Assembly: GCA_026395915.1 (NCBI GenBank)
Contig: JAPLXU010000018.1
Location: forward strand, 23,832 to 76,575
Length of the DNA: 52,744 bases
Source of the DNA: Candidatus Nomurabacteria bacterium
GTDB taxonomy: Bacteria; Patescibacteriota; Minisyncoccia; Phycocordibacterales; UBA9973
Direction of reading: 5' to 3'
The position numbers were made by a program, and so were the translations under genes. Positions 50,280-52,744 of this stretch are shown in pieces. The notes beneath the pieces are model-generated. The model had not been told where the DNA came from. It saw only the letters and a list, made by a program, of their open reading frames with translations, and did not search any database. Every line of letters starts with the position of its first letter. Position 1 is the first letter of the stretch.

Positions 50280-52580
50280 TTAATGTCTATTCCACCAACT
50301 CCTATCTCCCTCTTTGTAGGGATAATGTTCTTCTATCCAAGAGTTACTTTTTCCATCTTTCTTTGCTTTTTCTCTTTGATCAGTTATTTTTTCTATTCTA
50401 GCCTTTCTTTCCCAATCCTTTTCTACTTTTGGCGCGTTCGTTGCTTGTTTGAGCTGTTCTTCAATTTTTTCTCTAATTTCTGCTTGTTGTTTTGCCTCCA
50501 CTTCTGCCTTAGCCAGTTTATTGGAAAAAGCTGCTTCTTTCTCTGCTAACTTTTTTTCAAATTCCGCTTGCATTTTTTTCTCTATCTCTGCTCTGATTTC
50601 ATCAGGAGTTAGAGTCTTTGGCGCAGATACTGTGTTTGTTTCTGCCGTCGTTCCCCCTTGGATATGTAAATAATGGTCAATAGCGGTTTTATTTTCAGTA
50701 GCAAAATTCTCTTTGTCCTGTTGCGTTTTTAGTTGCTCTTTTAAAAGTTTACTATAAGTTTCACCTTGACCAGAATTTGTCCTTGCATAATCAAAAAAAT
50801 TCTGATTAGCAAGACCCTCTATCTTAATTTTTTTCATAAATTCTTTATAAGTAGCAATTTCGTCTGCGGATAAATCTGAATCTGAAGGAGTCGGTATCGA
50901 TTCACCATTTTCATAACGTCTCATAGCTACATAATTTGTATCTGTAGAAAATTTCTTTTCGTCCTGTTTCGCTTTTTTTGCCACATTTAAGAGTTCATTA
51001 TAAGTAGAGTCTTTTTTATTAGGGTTTGCCTTTACATAGTCTATAAAATTTTGCTCTGCAGTGTTCACTGCCTTAACTTTACTCACATATTCTTTATAGA
51101 TGGCAACGTCGCTTGCGGATAAAGCGGAATCGTGGTTGTTTGGCGCTGTATTTTTTTCTACTGTTGTTGCTTTTTGTGCTGGTTCTGGGGCTTTTACCGT
51201 GTTAGTCATTAATCCCGCCGCTTCGGATATGTTTCCCACTTTAGATACATAAGTTTTCCTAGCCACATTTTTTGTATTTTTATCAACATGTTTTTCTACA
51301 ACTTTTCTAGTTGGAGCGTGAACTGATTTCTCGCCTAGATATTCTCCGGCTTTCTTTGCTGTAATACCACTACCAATGCCGAGCACAGTTGCTAAACCAA
51401 GACGTAACCAATTTCTTTTTAGCCATCCTGGTTTTTTGTATTTTTCTTTAAGCTCTTTTGGACTAAGAGGCAAAGGGGGAGGTACAGGCTCGTCTTCTAG
51501 TTTTATCGTTGGCAGTTTTATTTCCTGCGTCTGCGCTTTTGGTGGTTTTGGTGGCAATTCTATTCTCACCGTTAATTCTTGTTTAGAAGCATCAAAAGGT
51601 AGATCTTCTCCGTTTTTACCTTTATATTCGATCACTCTTCCAGTTTTTTTATCATAGGTTTTCATGGTGCCATCTCTAAAAACCCTTATCAATGATTTTC
51701 CTCCTTTATCATCAAATTCTTGATCTATTTCAAGAGACTTAGGGTCTTCTCTTACTTGAGTATTATCCTCTGGTGGCGTTGCTAGCGGAGGTGTTTCTGG
51801 GACACTTGGCTCCACTGTCTGCTTTAGTGGTGGAACTTTTTCTGGTTCCTTCGCAGTTTTTATTGTTTCAGCTTGTTGTGGAAGTGGCGTTGGATCTTTC
51901 TCCTTTTTTGCCGGTTCAGGATTTGGTGCTTTTGATGGAGGAAGCGGTGTTTCTACTACTGGTTTTCGTTTGACAGGCTGAGGTTCGTTTGACAGTTTTC
52001 CTTTTTGTACTACCTCATATCTATGTGTACCCCTTTCTAGAACAGCAGGAATACACAAGGTAACATTTCCAGGTGTGATTTCACTACCAGGCTTTTCATT
52101 TTCACTCTTTTTAATAAAACTATTCGAATCAAGCTCATAGTCAAACACTCCGAACCCTTTTGGTTCCCTCTCAAAAAATTTTTCACTATCACCTGGTTTA
52201 GGAAATAAAAGCAGTGAACCTTTTTCTTGAACTAAAATATAGTTTAGTGGATTATCTTCTTTATTTTTAGTGAAAAATAATTTATCAGCGCCACCGTTTC
52301 TATAAATCTCCCCAACTTGAGCACCTGGATATCTAGCTTGAATTATTCCTTTGAGGGTTTTCAAAATATATTCTGGTTTAGGCTTGCAAAAATCAACGAA
52401 GATTTCTCCTAGCCTTTCTCTCATTTCTTGGAGTTCTAGATCTGCGCCTCCTCTTTCATTTGGTAGTAGCGACGAGGCAACCCCTTTTTCCGCTCCATCG
52501 AATAAGTCCTTTAAGCCTTCCGCCACTTCTCTTCTTGGAATATTATTTTGTCTTCCGTCTATCATATTTGTATTATACAT
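50280..52580 (-). CDS. Large bitopic hypothetical protein (~766 aa from the ATG at 52580): cytoplasmic N-domain, Pro-rich region, one TM, two ~70-aa tandem repeats and a coiled coil
   Basis: TM NWLRLGLATVLGIGSGITA. Repeats SASDVAIYKEYVSKVKAVNTAEQNFIDYVKANPNKKDSTYNELLNVAKKAKQDEKKFS and SADEIATYKEFMKKIKIEGLANQNFFDYARTNSGQGETYSKLLKEQLKTQQDKENFA. Coiled coil KKMQAEFEKKLAEKEAAFSNKLAKAEVEAKQQAEIREKIEEQLKQ. The track start at 52589 is a TTG. Confidence 0.6.
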   Translation of the reverse strand: MYNTNMIDGRQNNIPRREVAEGLKDLFDGAEKGVASSLLPNERGGADLELQEMRERLGEIFVDFCKPKPEYILKTLKGIIQARYPGAQVGEIYRNGGADKLFFTKNKEDNPLNYILVQEKGSLLLFPKPGDSEKFFEREPKGFGVFDYELDSNSFIKKSENEKPGSEITPGNVTLCIPAVLERGTHRYEVVQKGKLSNEPQPVKRKPVVETPLPPSKAPNPEPAKKEKDPTPLPQQAETIKTAKEPEKVPPLKQTVEPSVPETPPLATPPEDNTQVREDPKSLEIDQEFDDKGGKSLIRVFRDGTMKTYDKKTGRVIEYKGKNGEDLPFDASKQELTVRIELPPKPPKAQTQEIKLPTIKLEDEPVPPPLPLSPKELKEKYKKPGWLKRNWLRLGLATVLGIGSGITAKKAGEYLGEKSVHAPTRKVVEKHVDKNTKNVARKTYVSKVGNISEAAGLMTNTVKAPEPAQKATTVEKNTAPNNHDSALSASDVAIYKEYVSKVKAVNTAEQNFIDYVKANPNKKDSTYNELLNVAKKAKQDEKKFSTDTNYVAMRRYENGESIPTPSDSDLSADEIATYKEFMKKIKIEGLANQNFFDYARTNSGQGETYSKLLKEQLKTQQDKENFATENKTAIDHYLHIQGGTTAETNTVSAPKTLTPDEIRAEIEKKMQAEFEKKLAEKEAAFSNKLAKAEVEAKQQAEIREKIEEQLKQATNAPKVEKDWERKARIEKITDQREKAKKDGKSNSWIEEHYPYKEGDRSWWNRH

Positions 52581-52607
52581 TGTAACCAAATATTAACAAG
52601 ACTCTGT

Positions 52608-52744
52608 TTAGTTAACCTTCAGAGGTGACACTTTTAATTGATAATCTCGCCACTTTTCAATTGGTATCATTCCATTAAGATATTTTCCTAAATGTATTCT
52701 ATCATAGTTGTACCAATGCAAATATTCTTCTAAACTTTTCCATG
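52608..52744 (-). CDS. 3' end of a DDE (rve-type, IS3/IS481-like) transposase/integrase gene; 5' part outside the window
   Basis: The reverse complement reads ...WKSLEEYLHWYNYDRIHLGKYLNGMIPIEKWRDYQLKVSPLKVN*. The YN-x2-R-x-H-x3-L-x-G-x2-P tail is typical of the integrase-core C-terminus. Confidence 0.6.
   Translation of the reverse strand, partial: WKSLEEYLHWYNYDRIHLGKYLNGMIPIEKWRDYQLKVSPLKVN

Noticed and set aside
52581-52589. TTG start of the 769-aa ORF given by the track
   Set aside because: An in-frame ATG follows three codons later (52580), which is more plausible.
1-52744. CRISPR array
   Set aside because: The many palindromic repeats are dispersed, belong to different families, and are not regularly spaced with unique spacers. 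No cas genes are present.
1-52744. Alternative genetic code (UGA recoding, as in some CPR lineages)
   Set aside because: Conserved proteins are full-length under the standard code, and TGA terminates the RAYT gene at the expected length. There is no sign of in-frame TGA within conserved genes.

Overview
AT-rich bacterial chromosomal segment. Its gene content looks like a small-genome Patescibacteria/CPR (Parcubacteria-like) organism; this is an inference from gene content, not a database hit. The ordinary part includes repair and replication genes (uvrA partial, uvrB, polA, ruvB, ruvC, pcrA) and the origin region (dnaN-dnaA / rpmH-rnpA-yidD-yidC-jag). It also holds a six-gene meso-diaminopimelate operon using the DapL route (dapB-dapA-dapL-asd-lysC-dapF), plus tyrS, a class A PBP, rsmA, a PilB-type ATPase, an orphan histidine kinase and tRNA-Lys(UUU). 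Two things stand out. (1) 32.6-47.1 kb holds a tightly packed, chromosomally embedded T4SS-like envelope apparatus. It has a VirB4 ATPase that appears split, PrgI/VirB3-like, VirB6/TrbL-like and T4SS-pilin-like proteins, and seven secreted or unknown partners. No relaxase, coupling protein or integrase is visible. (2) At least 15 GC-rich palindromic insertion elements of several related families are present. Many sit in-frame and stop-free inside essential genes (uvrA, uvrB x2, polA, jag, rsmA x2, pcrA and two genes of the T4SS-like locus). Copies show compensatory stem changes, which recalls Rickettsia palindromic elements. A REP-RAYT-REP unit (IS200-like Y1/HUH transposase between perfect inverted 23-nt hairpins) lies next to a GC-rich foreign-looking gene. 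Other observations: a candidate ~150-nt structured sRNA, a second GC-rich islet with a mini-ORF, a terminator hairpin duplicated inside rsmA, and putative leaderless promoters. All calls come from reading the sequence and ORF translations by eye; no searches were run.
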